Assembly: GCA_034437695.1 (NCBI GenBank)
Contig: DAOTTJ010000047.1
Coordinates: 7,613 to 71,612 of the forward strand
Direction: 5' to 3'
Length of the DNA stretch: 64,000 nt
From: Ktedonobacteraceae bacterium
GTDB lineage: Bacteria; Chloroflexota; Ktedonobacteria; Ktedonobacterales; Ktedonobacteraceae
Shown here: positions 31,519 to 41,287 of the stretch, piece by piece
Layout: each line of letters opens with the position of its first letter
How positions within the stretch are numbered: position 1 is the first letter of the stretch
Notes under the pieces: generated by a model
Seen by the model: the letters and a program-made list of their open reading frames with translations, nothing else
The model's database searches: none
Told to the model about the DNA's origin: nothing
Translations under genes and position numbers: made by a program

Positions 31519-31908
31519 ATGGATATGAAGCTTGAACTGGTGCCAGTGCCAGTCTCTGATGTTGACAGCGCCAAAGTATTTTATGTCGAAAAGGTCGGAT
31601 TTCACGCCGACCATGATGTCCAGCCTGGAAACGGAATGAGAATAGTCCAACTCACGCCACCCGGATCGTTCTGTTCGATAGTCATTGGGACCGGTATGGG
31701 CGAAATTTCTGAAATGCGGCCTGGAACGGTCAAGGGACTGCATCTGGTCGTAGCGGACATCCACGAGGCTCGCGAAGCGCTTGCAGGTCGGGGAGTTGAA
31801 TTGGGTGAGGTTGTCGATCTGGGGGGAGTAAAGTATGTCCACTTCAGTGACCTTGATGGTAACACGTGGGAATTGCAGGAAATGCCCGTTCATCCTGGTC
31901 AAGGTTAA
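31519..31908 (+). CDS. VOC (glyoxalase/bleomycin-resistance/dioxygenase) family protein
   Basis: KLELVPVPVSDVDSAKVFYVEKVGFHADHD...HFSDLDGNTWELQE. Confidence 0.8.
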   Translation: MDMKLELVPVPVSDVDSAKVFYVEKVGFHADHDVQPGNGMRIVQLTPPGSFCSIVIGTGMGEISEMRPGTVKGLHLVVADIHEAREALAGRGVELGEVVDLGGVKYVHFSDLDGNTWELQEMPVHPGQG

Positions 31909-32032
31909 AGGGAAGCAAGTGCCGAATACAAATACTGTATCCATCACTTGCTTCCTGACCCTCCTAAGGAGCATTTTCTCCTGAGAGAGGACGCTTCTTG
32001 CAACGTTGAGGGTGCTCGGAAGCTCGTAGTCC

Positions 32033-32584
32033 TCACCTTTCTCCTTGCTGAATGAGTGCATCAGCCAGATCAAAGAAAGTGTAGATATACGGAATGGCTG
32101 AAGAAGGAACATGCCCACCAATCGCTTCGATGGCGGGTGTCAATTGCTCCATTGCTTGCGCAGTCTCGCGAAGCATGGCCATCTGTTCATCACGATGAAC
32201 CGGAGGAAGCACTCTCGTTCGCCATTCCTCCTGTCCCTCTTGAACAGTACTTTCACCGACAAGACGCTTCATCTCATCCACAAGCCATCGTAAGCTATCA
32301 AGATGACTTACTGCTGTCCATGCCTGATGGCGCAGAATGCTCTTCACTGCAATGTTACTCATAGCCCAAAAGAAGGTGCTCCGTTGAGTTGCCTGCTCTG
32401 CTCGCTCTTGCTCAGTCGGCGTCAGAGGGGTTGCTTGTGGATCGAGTTGTTCTTGTCGTCTATCCTGTGGGATGCCACCCCTATCAAACAGAAGGATTGC
32501 ACGGCGAGGAAGACTCGCGTCTGATTGGCGCTGCCAGTACCAATCCACTTGATGAACCCCAGCCTGGCCTGCGTACAATGCCAT
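32033..32584 (-). pseudogene. Probable 5'-truncated nucleotidyltransferase-family fragment (substrate-binding half only)
   Basis: It starts LYAGQAGVHQVDWYWQRQSDASLPRRAILLFDRGGI, which resembles the region following the NTase core in aminoglycoside/lincosamide NTase-like proteins. No NTase G-S...D-x-D part is present, and only 22 nt separate it from the next gene. Confidence 0.35.
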
Positions 32585-32606
32585 CAGGAAGGATCGTTGT
32601 TACCTA

Positions 32607-33002
32607 TCAAGCCTGATATTGTTCGTCGCTGACCTTTTCCAGCCAATCGGCTACCTTGTTGTCGAGATGTTCCTGAATGGCAGTGTGCGTCATGGCAGTG
32701 GTTGGCGAGGCACCATGCCAATGTTTCTCGCCTGGTGCGAACCAGACTACGTCTCCTGGTCGAATCTCTTCGAGCGGACCCCCCCAGCGTTGTGCTCGGC
32801 CACAGCCAGCCGTCACAACCAGGGTCTGACCCAGTGGGTGGGTATGCCAGGCGGTCCGAGCGCCTGGCTCGAACGTGACACTGGCCCCGCGCACGCGAGC
32901 TGGATCGGGTGCCTCAAACAGGGGATCAATGCGAACCGTGCCGGTAAAATACTCAGTTGGCCCTTTCCCGGAAGGTTGCGAGCCATTTTTTTTGATGTCC
33001 AT
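32607..33002 (-). CDS. Cupin-domain protein
   Basis: [11 protein letters not shown]...[27 protein letters not shown]...[23 protein letters not shown] Shine-Dalgarno before ATG 33002. Confidence 0.85.
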   Translation of the reverse strand: MDIKKNGSQPSGKGPTEYFTGTVRIDPLFEAPDPARVRGASVTFEPGARTAWHTHPLGQTLVVTAGCGRAQRWGGPLEEIRPGDVVWFAPGEKHWHGASPTTAMTHTAIQEHLDNKVADWLEKVSDEQYQA

Positions 33003-33156
33003 CTTTTCAATTCCTCCGCGAAGTCTGCACAGCAGAGAAGCATCTTCTCTGTCTGAAGAATAGTATAGACGTGTCGGTGTACAGAGTGGTAGAATGATTG
33101 TCGAGAATGATTGAATGATTCTGCAACATCTTTCCAATGAGCGACAGAGAGAAGAG

Positions 33157-34110
33157 ATGTCTATGAATGTGATGATCCGCCAGCAGGCAGAACGTGAGAC
33201 ACAGCGGGTGCAGGCTAACCGCGAGGAGCTGGTTGAGCGGATCGGGCAAGCCTTCCGCCAGGATGGGGCTGTCCAGCCGTTCCAGGGGCTGCATCTGGCC
33301 CGCTGTTCTCAGGCACTCAAGCCGGTTCACAGTGTAGTCGAGCCATCCGTATGCGTGATTGCCCAGGGCAGCAAAGAGGTCTTGCTCGGTGGCAATCGCT
33401 ATCTGTACAACCCCGCAAAGTATCTGCTCGCTACTGTCGATTTGCCTCGCGTCAGTCAGATCCTGGAAGCCTCGCAGGAAAAGCCATACCTTAGTCTCCG
33501 CCTGGAACTTGCCTCTGCCGTTGTCAGTTCAGTCATGGTCGAGGCCGCGCACGCCGTGTCGTCTGCGCATGCCGATGCGCGAGCTATCGATGTCAGTCCA
33601 TTGGATGGGGATATGCTTGACGCCTTTGTGCGGCTTGTCAGACTCATAGATGCCCCTGCCGAAGCGCGAGTCCTGCTGCCGCTGATCACACGAGAGATTA
33701 TCTACCGACTCCTGATGGGGGCGCAGGGCGATCGACTGCGTCACCTTGCGCTTCAGGGAGGGTACACTCCCGACATTGCCAGAGCGGTCAAGCGACTCCG
33801 TCAGGACTTTGACCAGCCACTGCGCATCGAGAAGCTCGCGCACGAGCTAGGGATGAGCGTTTCGGGTCTGCACCACCACTTTAAGGCAGTCACAACGATG
33901 AGTCCCCTGCAATTCCAGAAACGGCTGCGACTCCAGGAAGCCCGCCGTCTGATGCTGGGCGAAGACCTCGACGCGGCAAGTGCGGCTTATCGTGTGGGAT
34001 ACCAGGACGCCTCCCACTTCAATCGGGAGTATAAAAGCCTCTTCGGCATCCCTCCCATGCGCGACGTGCAACGGCTGCGCGAAGAGGCCCATGCTTTCCC
34101 TGACCAATGA
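33157..34110 (+). CDS. AraC-family transcriptional regulator (AraC_N + HTH_18)
   Basis: [33 protein letters not shown], then [41 protein letters not shown]...[17 protein letters not shown]. Divergent from the cupin gene. Confidence 0.85.
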   Translation: MSMNVMIRQQAERETQRVQANREELVERIGQAFRQDGAVQPFQGLHLARCSQALKPVHSVVEPSVCVIAQGSKEVLLGGNRYLYNPAKYLLATVDLPRVSQILEASQEKPYLSLRLELASAVVSSVMVEAAHAVSSAHADARAIDVSPLDGDMLDAFVRLVRLIDAPAEARVLLPLITREIIYRLLMGAQGDRLRHLALQGGYTPDIARAVKRLRQDFDQPLRIEKLAHELGMSVSGLHHHFKAVTTMSPLQFQKRLRLQEARRLMLGEDLDAASAAYRVGYQDASHFNREYKSLFGIPPMRDVQRLREEAHAFPDQ

Positions 34111-34124
34111 ATGAGTCAGCTACA

Positions 34125-35138
34125 TTAGCTAGTCAGTGCCATGTAGCTAAAGTTTGTGACTGAAATAGTATTAGAGTTGTTGGTTGTTTGATTGCGGCTT
34201 GTTATTGCTACTTTCACTGGTTGGATCGATGGAATAGGAGCATCGTACATTTCTGTATCTATTGAAAATGATGCAGTAGTGCCTTGCAGAGTCAAAGAGA
34301 TTTCTTCGCTTGACCTCTCGGTTGTGACGCCTTTATTAAGTGTTTGAGTAACGACTCCTGTAGCTGATATTGAGTAGATGAACCACCCACCATTGCCACA
34401 AAATTCACCCAAGACTCCCGTGCTTGCACCTTGTTCAGCCAGACCGAGGCACACATAGCCATCATCGTAGCCTAAACCGCCACCCATGACGCTTATTTTG
34501 TTGGTTGCTGAGAAGGGTGCCTTATTTGGTAGCTGGAGATACAAATACCCTAGAGAATTGGAATCACTGCTTATAGTTGTGCCACACTGGATTTGATTCA
34601 GTCCTTGCGTGGTCCATATGCCACTATTCGTATCGCATGTTGAGCCTGGTTCGGCTGCTGAGTACTCGTCTGAAGTGGATGTGGTGGTTGGGGTTGGTTG
34701 CGTGGCCTGTGTGGGGATTGGTGTAGCTATTGGCGCGGGAGTAGCCTGGTTTGTAGCAGTTTGTGAGGTTGCGACTGACACTGGTCCAACAATGGGAGAA
34801 GGGTTTGGACGACGCAACACCACGATTACTGTGGCTCCCAGGATAATCACAAGAGCAAGAAGAACCAGCACGACGATGATTAGAGGGTTACGCCGTTTCG
34901 GCTGATCAGGTTTCATGTCAGGAGTTGGATAGGAGGGAGTTGGATAATTCACCGATGATGACGGTGGCACCACACCATAATACGACCCTTCTCCGGGATA
35001 TCTTTCGTGACCAGAGTTCTGAGGAAAAGTGCTTCCTGGCAATGGCCGTGTTGGCACGGTCCGATCTGGTGTCGAATAGGCCGATGATTGCTCTGACTGA
35101 TCACCCTGGTTGGTAGGGTCTTGTGATGGTGGTTGCAT
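34125..35138 (-). CDS. Hypothetical single-pass membrane protein (Pro/Ser/Tyr-rich tail, Thr/Pro linker, beta-rich C-terminal domain)
   Basis: MQPPSQDPTNQGDQ..., TM segment LIIVVLVLLALVIILGATVIVVL, linker ATPAPIATPIPTQATQPTPTTTST. The gene looks AT-richer than its neighbours. Confidence 0.6.
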   Translation of the reverse strand: MQPPSQDPTNQGDQSEQSSAYSTPDRTVPTRPLPGSTFPQNSGHERYPGEGSYYGVVPPSSSVNYPTPSYPTPDMKPDQPKRRNPLIIVVLVLLALVIILGATVIVVLRRPNPSPIVGPVSVATSQTATNQATPAPIATPIPTQATQPTPTTTSTSDEYSAAEPGSTCDTNSGIWTTQGLNQIQCGTTISSDSNSLGYLYLQLPNKAPFSATNKISVMGGGLGYDDGYVCLGLAEQGASTGVLGEFCGNGGWFIYSISATGVVTQTLNKGVTTERSSEEISLTLQGTTASFSIDTEMYDAPIPSIQPVKVAITSRNQTTNNSNTISVTNFSYMALTS

Positions 35139-35247
35139 AATGCCTCTCCTTATATAACGCAAACAATGCAAAGGTAATTATAAATTATTTTATATATACA
35201 TTTGATCATTATCAATATATATATGATTGAAAAAAGAGGAAATATAG

Positions 35248-37128
35248 TCAGTTGACCGGGGGGATGAGAGTGACTTCGCTGGCCGGGACCCAGGCCTGGC
35301 GGTGGTTGTAGTTAATCTCGTACCAGAGGTTGGAGGTACCATCTTCGATCACGGTGTAGGCGGAGACGAAGGTGCTGCCTGCTGGTGCGTTGCCCAGGAC
35401 ATAGGTTGTTGGACTTTTGCTCATGGCGTTCGTTGGATCTGGTGTGAGCGCAGTCGTTAAAAGAGATGCAGACGCCGGTCGGGTGAGCGGACAACCATAG
35501 ACCAGCAGACGACTTGCGCCCTTGCTGGTCAGTCTGACCACCGTACCCTGGCCAGGTCTGACTGCGTCAGCGGGGGCGGCCAACCAGACGCGTTGCGCAC
35601 TGGCGAGGCGTCGGCCAGATGCGAGCTGGTTCTCTACGCCATACCAGATCTCGTACATCGTCTCCTTGCTCCCTGCCTGGTCGTGGGTCTGAGACAGGAC
35701 GTAGTAGCTGAGTTCGACCTCGACATTGCCCGTTACGTCGGTGATATCGGCCTGATTGCCCAGCGGTGTGGAGCGCGTGCTCGGACCTTTATAGAGTTTG
35801 AAAAAACTGTAGTTTGCCGCGCTTTCACTACCGTGTTCCCCGAGCAAGTGACGTGCGCTGGCGGGTCGGAGCACAATCACGTGCGGCTGAGGCAGGGTCT
35901 GGACGAGTGGTACCACTCCCTGTTTCTGGATCAGCGCGAAATAATACGACCAGAGCCAATAGGGTCCGGGATCGACGTGGTTGGGCAACGCGGTGGCCGA
36001 GGGCGAAGGCACGGTGCCGTGCGCGACCACGTGTGCATGGTCGAGTGGGATATGATACTTGTGCAGGAGATACGCCGCCAGTTTGGCCGAGGCCAGATAC
36101 TCGGCGGCGTTGTACCAGCGATAGCCGCTGGCGTCGAAACCCGCGTGCTCGATGCCGATCGAGTGCTGATTGTACCAGTAGTTGCCATCGTGGTAGCCGA
36201 TATCGCTTTCGTGCAAGATCTGATAGACGGTTCCGTCTGTATCGACGACGTAGTGCGCGGTCGAGGCGTCGGCGGGGTTTTGAAAGACATTAATCGCGTT
36301 TTGCGCAGTGCCTTCGACATCGTGGATGACCAACAGATCGATAGCGAGGTCGGTCGGTCGATGGGCGCTTTCATAGTTACAGGGTTGATGCGGCTTGACC
36401 GTATTGCAATCAAAGGTTTTAGGCGCGAGGATGCAATCGACTGCGCCTGGATAGTCGACCGCAGAGGCATTCTGGACACAGCCCGCGGGCAAGGCAGAGC
36501 CGACCACTGTAGTCGCGGTCTGCGTGTTGGGAACAACCTGCTGAGAGGATAAAGCGATGGTCTCCCCATCGTCGGCCAGAGCAGCAAACCCGCTGCGCAA
36601 AAGCTGATAGACGCCATCAGCATACATCAGTGCGCCCGAGCGAGTCGTCGCGTGACTGTAGGCGGCAACCGCTCCATACCAGTTTGCCAGACTCGCCTGA
36701 GAACTCGCTGACGGAGAAGCAAGCTGGTGGGCATAGTCGCGCAGCAAGGCAGCTCCGCCGCGAATATTGGTCGCGAGGTCCAGCTTGAGCTGACTGGTGG
36801 GGACCGCGAGTTCGCTGGCGGCCTGGTCGAGCATATCGCCGCGGCGATTTTCGATCAAGTGCATACAGCCGAAACCATTGTCGATGCTCGGCGTGCCGCT
36901 GTGATTGCTCAGATGCCCCTCCATATAGCAGATAGCTTGCAGGAGAGGCACTGGAACCCCGTAATCGTGAGAGGCGCTCACAAACGCCTGGCTGAGCGAT
37001 TGATTGGCAGTATGAGACGAGGCGAGAGGTTGTTGAACGGGAACCCCAAAGGAGATGGCCAGCGTAAGCAGGCTCAGGAGCAGACAGAAGACTATAGCGA
37101 CAGATCTGACAAAGGTTCGGCGTTGCAT
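35248..37128 (-). CDS. Secreted peptidoglycan hydrolase: N-acetylmuramoyl-L-alanine amidase (Amidase_2/PGRP) with an N-terminal transglycosylase-like region
   Basis: Signal/TM segment VAIVFCLLLSLLTLAISFG. GVPVPLLQAICYMEGHLSNH. LLVIHDVEGTAQNAINVFQNPADASTAHYVVDTDGTVYQILHESDIGYHDGNYWYNQHSIGIEHAGF. Confidence 0.8.
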   Translation of the reverse strand: MQRRTFVRSVAIVFCLLLSLLTLAISFGVPVQQPLASSHTANQSLSQAFVSASHDYGVPVPLLQAICYMEGHLSNHSGTPSIDNGFGCMHLIENRRGDMLDQAASELAVPTSQLKLDLATNIRGGAALLRDYAHQLASPSASSQASLANWYGAVAAYSHATTRSGALMYADGVYQLLRSGFAALADDGETIALSSQQVVPNTQTATTVVGSALPAGCVQNASAVDYPGAVDCILAPKTFDCNTVKPHQPCNYESAHRPTDLAIDLLVIHDVEGTAQNAINVFQNPADASTAHYVVDTDGTVYQILHESDIGYHDGNYWYNQHSIGIEHAGFDASGYRWYNAAEYLASAKLAAYLLHKYHIPLDHAHVVAHGTVPSPSATALPNHVDPGPYWLWSYYFALIQKQGVVPLVQTLPQPHVIVLRPASARHLLGEHGSESAANYSFFKLYKGPSTRSTPLGNQADITDVTGNVEVELSYYVLSQTHDQAGSKETMYEIWYGVENQLASGRRLASAQRVWLAAPADAVRPGQGTVVRLTSKGASRLLVYGCPLTRPASASLLTTALTPDPTNAMSKSPTTYVLGNAPAGSTFVSAYTVIEDGTSNLWYEINYNHRQAWVPASEVTLIPPVN

Positions 37129-37295
37129 AGTGACTCCCCAGGGCGCGACCTGACCGTGGAAGGAGCCTGTGAGCGTGTCGTGCCGGTCCTCCGGGGTCCG
37201 AGTTCGAGCATAGAATACAGCAAAGAAGGATAGCTATCCCGTTGCTTCCAGTATAACGCCGGGGAAAATGTGCTAGCGCGTATATAAGGGTCTCG

Positions 37296-37538
37296 CTAAC
37301 GAAACTCAACCGCAAAGAGTTCAACCTGGGCTTTGGCTCGACCGCCGAGGCGGGACAGGTCGCATTGAGCGAGATGGTCACGATCGAGATTGATCTGGAA
37401 CTCATGCAGCCAGGGGTCCAGGAAGCGGCAGCACAATAGCCGGGTAACGCGACGTGTCGCGAGCAAGACGCTTTCCTCTTCTGATTTGTTTGTTCTGTCT
37501 CCAGAACCGTTTTGAGATGAAAACACATTGCTGGTCAC
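37296..37538 (-). CDS. Hypothetical ORF (80 aa), weak support
   Basis: The only support is an open frame directly downstream of the TPR fragment on the same strand. No recognisable motif. Confidence 0.2.
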   Translation of the reverse strand: MTSNVFSSQNGSGDRTNKSEEESVLLATRRVTRLLCCRFLDPWLHEFQINLDRDHLAQCDLSRLGGRAKAQVELFAVEFR

Positions 37539-37559
37539 GCCATGCGCTCCTCCTGGCTG

Positions 37560-38239
37560 TCAATCTCTGGAAAGGGAGCGCATGAGCAACGCCTCAGCTT
37601 CTGCCATCTTCCCCTGTTCTTGATAGCAATCTACGAGATTTTTGCGGACGAAGATCGTGTCAGAATGATGAGGACCGAGTTGCTGCTCGCGGATCACGAG
37701 CGCACGCCGGTACAATGGTTCAGCCTCCAGGTAATTTCTCTGTTTGTGATAGAAGACAGCCAAATTGTTGAGGCTTGTAGCCAGGTCAAGATGGTTCGCT
37801 TCGAGGAGATGTTCGCGGATAGTCAGGACACGTCTCAAAATGGCTCAGCTTCTGCAACCTTTCCCTGCTCCAGATAGCAAGCCGCAAGATTGTTGAGGCT
37901 GATCGCTGTGTCAAGGTGGTGAGTCCCCAACCGATGTTCACGCATCGCCAGTGCTCGCAGATACAATGGCTCGGCCTCCACATTCTTTCTCTGCTGGTGA
38001 TAGAGGAAAGCGAGAGCGTTGAGACTGGTTGCCATGAGAGGATGGTCTGCTTCCACCTCTTGTTCATAGATGGAGAGGGCTTGCAGGTACTGTGGCTCAG
38101 CCTCCACGTATTTGTCCTGTTTTCGGTAGAGGTCTGCCAGCATGAGCAAACAGTTTGCTCTGTCAAGTTGATGGGTTTCCCTGAACTGCTCCTTTTCATC
38201 ATTCACGAAGTGAGACTTGCGTTCTAATGATAACTTCAT
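37560..38239 (-). pseudogene. TPR (kinesin-light-chain type) protein fragment, frameshifted
   Basis: ORFs 37835..38239 and 37560..37838 both read as TPR_12 repeats (ADLYRKQDKYVEAEPQYLQALSIYEQ; LNNLAVFYHKQRNYLEAEPLYRRALVIREQQLGPHH) in different frames. There is no NTPase or other N-terminal domain. Confidence 0.7.
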
Positions 38240-38245
38240 TTGTCA

Positions 38246-38375
38246 ATCCGGCGAGGCCCGTCTCTCGATAGTGTTTGATCCAGAGCTGGATCGTGCTATG
38301 GGTACGAGCTACTTGCGCTTGCGTGACACCCTCTTCTAAGGAATTTTAACTATCGCCTGCTTCTTCCACATTCAT
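38246..38375 (-). pseudogene. Remnant of a transposase-type HTH (IS630-like N-terminus) with an in-frame stop
   Basis: Minus strand: MNVEEAGDS, a stop, then NSLEEGVTQAQVARTHSTIQLWIKHYRETGLAGL. This resembles the HTH N-terminus (LLEEG.SQ.EVAR......V..W..RY.E.GL.GL) of IS630-type transposases. Confidence 0.35.
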
Positions 38376-38548
38376 TGATTGTGTACTGATAATCTGCTCA
38401 ATATTAGGCGGACTTTGTATAAGAAGATGGGTTGGGGAGACCGCAAGGCCTCCCCAGACAGGGGAGACGCTTGTGATCTCTTGTCCTGGCCTGCGTGTTC
38501 CAGGTCAGCAAGCTCTTTAGCATTGAGCTTCAGTGCGGCTGGTCGTGC

Positions 38549-39445
38549 TTAGGCGGCGACGCTGTTCAGTTCGGTCAGATCGTCTGCGGAGAGGGTTAGC
38601 GCAGCACCGCGAACGTTGTCGTGCAGGTGTGCGACGGATGAGGTACCTGGAATAAGCAGAATGTTTGGTGAGCGCTGGAGCAGCCAGGCCAGCGCAACAG
38701 CCATCGGTGTGACGTTGAGGCGGGTGGCGACTGCTTCCAGCTTATCGGACTGAAGAGGGGAGAAGCCACCGAGCGGAAAGTAGGGGACGTAGGCGATGTC
38801 CTGGGCGGCGAGGGAGTCGATCAGCTCGTCGTCGACCCGGTGGGCGAGGTTGTAGAAGTTCTGCACACAGACAATCGGCGCGATGGACTGTGCCTCGGCG
38901 ATCTGCTCGGCGGTCACTGTGCTGAGGCCGAGGTGCTTGATACGTCCTTCTTGCTGGAGTTGCGCGAGCACCGTGAACGGCGCGGCTATCGAGCCAGGAG
39001 TCGGACTGTCGAAGCCACCAACGCGCAGGTTGACCACGTCGAGTGCGTCTAGTCCGAGATGGTCTAGATTGTCAAAGATGGCCTGGCGTAGCTGCTCAGG
39101 GGCAAGCGCCTGGGGCCAGCCGCCTGAGGCGTCGCGTAACGCTCCGACCTTCGTGACGATGTGCAACGAAGCGGGGTAGGGATGCAGAGCTTCTCTGATG
39201 ATCTGGTTAGTCACGTAGGGACCGTAGAAGTCGCTGGTGTCGATGTGCGTAATACCCAGCGCCAGCACCTCGCGCAGCACGGCCACGGCAGCAGCGCGAT
39301 CGGCTGGTGGACCTAAGACGTGCGGGCCAGCTAGCTGCATTGCACCGTACCCCATGCGAGTGACCGTCAGATCCTCGGCCATAGTGAACGTCCCTGCGAC
39401 TGTGGCTGGCAGATGACTCTGTTCATGCGCTGAATGCGATACCAT
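38549..39445 (-). CDS. Aldo/keto reductase
   Basis: GYGAMQLAGP...ITHIDTSDFYGPYVTNQIIREAL, VTKVG, VQNFYNLAHR, PYFPLGG, LLIPGTSSVAHLHDN. Confidence 0.85.
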   Translation of the reverse strand: MVSHSAHEQSHLPATVAGTFTMAEDLTVTRMGYGAMQLAGPHVLGPPADRAAAVAVLREVLALGITHIDTSDFYGPYVTNQIIREALHPYPASLHIVTKVGALRDASGGWPQALAPEQLRQAIFDNLDHLGLDALDVVNLRVGGFDSPTPGSIAAPFTVLAQLQQEGRIKHLGLSTVTAEQIAEAQSIAPIVCVQNFYNLAHRVDDELIDSLAAQDIAYVPYFPLGGFSPLQSDKLEAVATRLNVTPMAVALAWLLQRSPNILLIPGTSSVAHLHDNVRGAALTLSADDLTELNSVAA

Positions 39446-39580
39446 AAAAATTTCCTCTTTCTCTCGTTGAAACAATGACAATCACGATCTGTGATACACT
39501 TAGAAAGTATGACACGCAAGCAATCGTATGAACAGAGTCCCTGTATCATATGATTGAGACAAGCAGGATAAGGAGCGAAG

Positions 39581-40432
39581 ATGAGCGACGAACGACGCAG
39601 GCAAGACCTGGCGGACTTCCTACGCACTCGACGGATGCGTCTCGCGCCTGAACAGGTCGGGTTGATAGGTGGTGGGAGGAGGCGCACCCCAGGATTGCGG
39701 CGTGAAGAGGTGGCGCAGCTAGCGCATGTAGGAGTTTCCTGGTATACCCTGCTGGAGCAAGGACGCGATATACATCCTTCAAGCGAAGTGCTCCAGAGCA
39801 TCGCCGAGGCGCTCCAACTCACGTCCGCCGAACGGCAACACCTCCTCTTGCTTGCCAACCAGCAATACCTCGTTGGAGCAGACGCATCTCGTGAGGAAGT
39901 AAGCCCTGCATTGCATCGGGTGCTTGACGCGCTCAATCCCATTCCGGCCTACGTTATTGGTCATCGCTGGAATTTCCTTGCCTGGAATCGTGCCGCTGAA
40001 CATGTCTTGTTGCTCTCGAAGTGGGAACCGCCATATGAATATAATGCTGTCTGGCGTATGTTCGCTGGTTCGATAAGTCAGCGCCTATACAACCCTGAGT
40101 GGGAGCAGGTAGCGCAGAGAGTGCTGGCGGAATTTCGGGCTGAGAGTGCGCGTTACACCGATGACGAATGGCTCAAACGCTTGATAGCCGACTTGCAGCG
40201 CGTAAGCCCTGAGTTTCGGGCATGGTGGCCACGTCACGATGTGCGTGGGCAAAGCGATGCGCTCAAGGAGATCGAACATCCGCTGGTGGGTCGCCTGATG
40301 TTCGAGCATACGACCTTGCAGGTACCCGCTATGCCCGAACTCAAAGTCATGATCTACACCCCACGCCCTGAAACTGATACACTGGCAAAGCTCCATCAAT
40401 TGATGGATCAGCAGATAGCAGTCTCATTCTAG
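39581..40432 (+). CDS. MmyB-like HTH (XRE-type) transcriptional regulator
   Basis: LADFLRTRRMRLAPEQVGLIGGGRRRTPGLRREEVAQLAHVGVSWYTLLEQGRDIHPSSEVLQSIAEALQLT, plus the MmyB-type C-terminal domain (NPIPAYVIGHRWNFLAWNRAA). AAGGAG Shine-Dalgarno. Divergent from the AKR gene. Confidence 0.85.
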   Translation: MSDERRRQDLADFLRTRRMRLAPEQVGLIGGGRRRTPGLRREEVAQLAHVGVSWYTLLEQGRDIHPSSEVLQSIAEALQLTSAERQHLLLLANQQYLVGADASREEVSPALHRVLDALNPIPAYVIGHRWNFLAWNRAAEHVLLLSKWEPPYEYNAVWRMFAGSISQRLYNPEWEQVAQRVLAEFRAESARYTDDEWLKRLIADLQRVSPEFRAWWPRHDVRGQSDALKEIEHPLVGRLMFEHTTLQVPAMPELKVMIYTPRPETDTLAKLHQLMDQQIAVSF

Positions 40433-41035
40433 CACCTCATCGGCACTCCATCCTTCTAGATCACGCATGACAATAACCTCGCGTTGCTTCTGTGAAAGCT
40501 CCTCGATGGCCTTCTGGATGTAGAAACGAGTCTCTTGCGAAAGGAGGCGTTTTTCGGGAATATGTTCCCAATCACGAGGAAACGAGGCCCAACCACCTGG
40601 CCAGATCGGGTGATCATCGGGCAGGAAATGTTCGGAGTCCTCTTCCGTTTCAGTGGTTTCTTCATTCCTGACCAGAGCAGAAAAGGGAATACTGTTATTT
40701 TCACGCTTTCCATGTTTCTGAGCATAATTAATGAGTATACGGAAAATCCATGTTTTAAGCGAAGAGCGTCCTTCAAACTGCTTCAGACCACCCAGGACAC
40801 CCAGCCAGGTTTCTTGTACGACTTCCTCCGCTATTATCGAATTTGGCACATACAATAGAGCGATGCGCTGCAAGGAGGCATCAAACTGATTCAGGAGTGA
40901 GATGAAGGCCTCCTCATCACCCTGACGTAAGGCCTGAAGCCAATCTTTCTCATCAGAATAGGTTGTGGTCTCTAAGGAGCCAGGTACTCCTATCATATCG
41001 GGAGAACTGTCTAATGATGATCGTTGCCCGTTCAT
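40424..41035 (-). CDS. ECF-type sigma-70 factor, apparently 3'-truncated within region 4.2
   Basis: Region 2: EEVVQETWLGVLGGLKQFEGRSSLKTWIFRILINYA. Region 4 starts LSQKQREVIVMRDLEGWSADEV and then stops after LE. The expected recognition helix is absent. The 3' end overlaps the convergent MmyB-like gene by 9 nt. Confidence 0.75.
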   Translation of the reverse strand: MNGQRSSLDSSPDMIGVPGSLETTTYSDEKDWLQALRQGDEEAFISLLNQFDASLQRIALLYVPNSIIAEEVVQETWLGVLGGLKQFEGRSSLKTWIFRILINYAQKHGKRENNSIPFSALVRNEETTETEEDSEHFLPDDHPIWPGGWASFPRDWEHIPEKRLLSQETRFYIQKAIEELSQKQREVIVMRDLEGWSADEVLE

Positions 41036-41164
41036 AGTTACTCACATTCCATCTCCCTCACAAGAACATCTTCTAACAGAGGTTTCTCTCACTAGCTACA
41101 CGACTATCTCCATTGATATTTACTTAGCGCAAAAATGACAGTTTATCAGATAACCTATCATGTC

Positions 41165-41214
41165 TGTAACGTTTCAGAAACTTCTGGAACTAAAGGGTAG
41201 ATGCTAGCATTTTT
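41165..41214 (+). promoter_or_regulatory. Conserved upstream element (copy 1): TGTAAC-15 nt-GGAACTA.AG.GTAGATGC.AGCAT.TTTCT
   Basis: TGTAAC at 41165..41170, GGAAC at 41186..41190. The same blocks with the same 21-nt offset occur at 42594 and 42615, upstream of the paralogous gene. Confidence 0.55.
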
Positions 41215-41287
41215 CTTCTGTTAACAGATGTTAAATACAGTAGAGCTGTAATATACGTCTTTTCAACTAAAAAGGAGCTATACTTTC

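Noticed and set aside
31438-32121. 227-aa minus-strand ORF
   Set aside because: It is antisense to the VOC-family gene 31519..31908, and its translation has no motif.
35593-37528. Several 160- to 320-aa ORFs (35593..36552 +, 35814..36293 +, 35931..36623 -, 36617..37528 -, 36727..37233 +)
   Set aside because: All overlap the strongly supported amidase gene 35248..37128 in other frames and are Arg-rich shadows.
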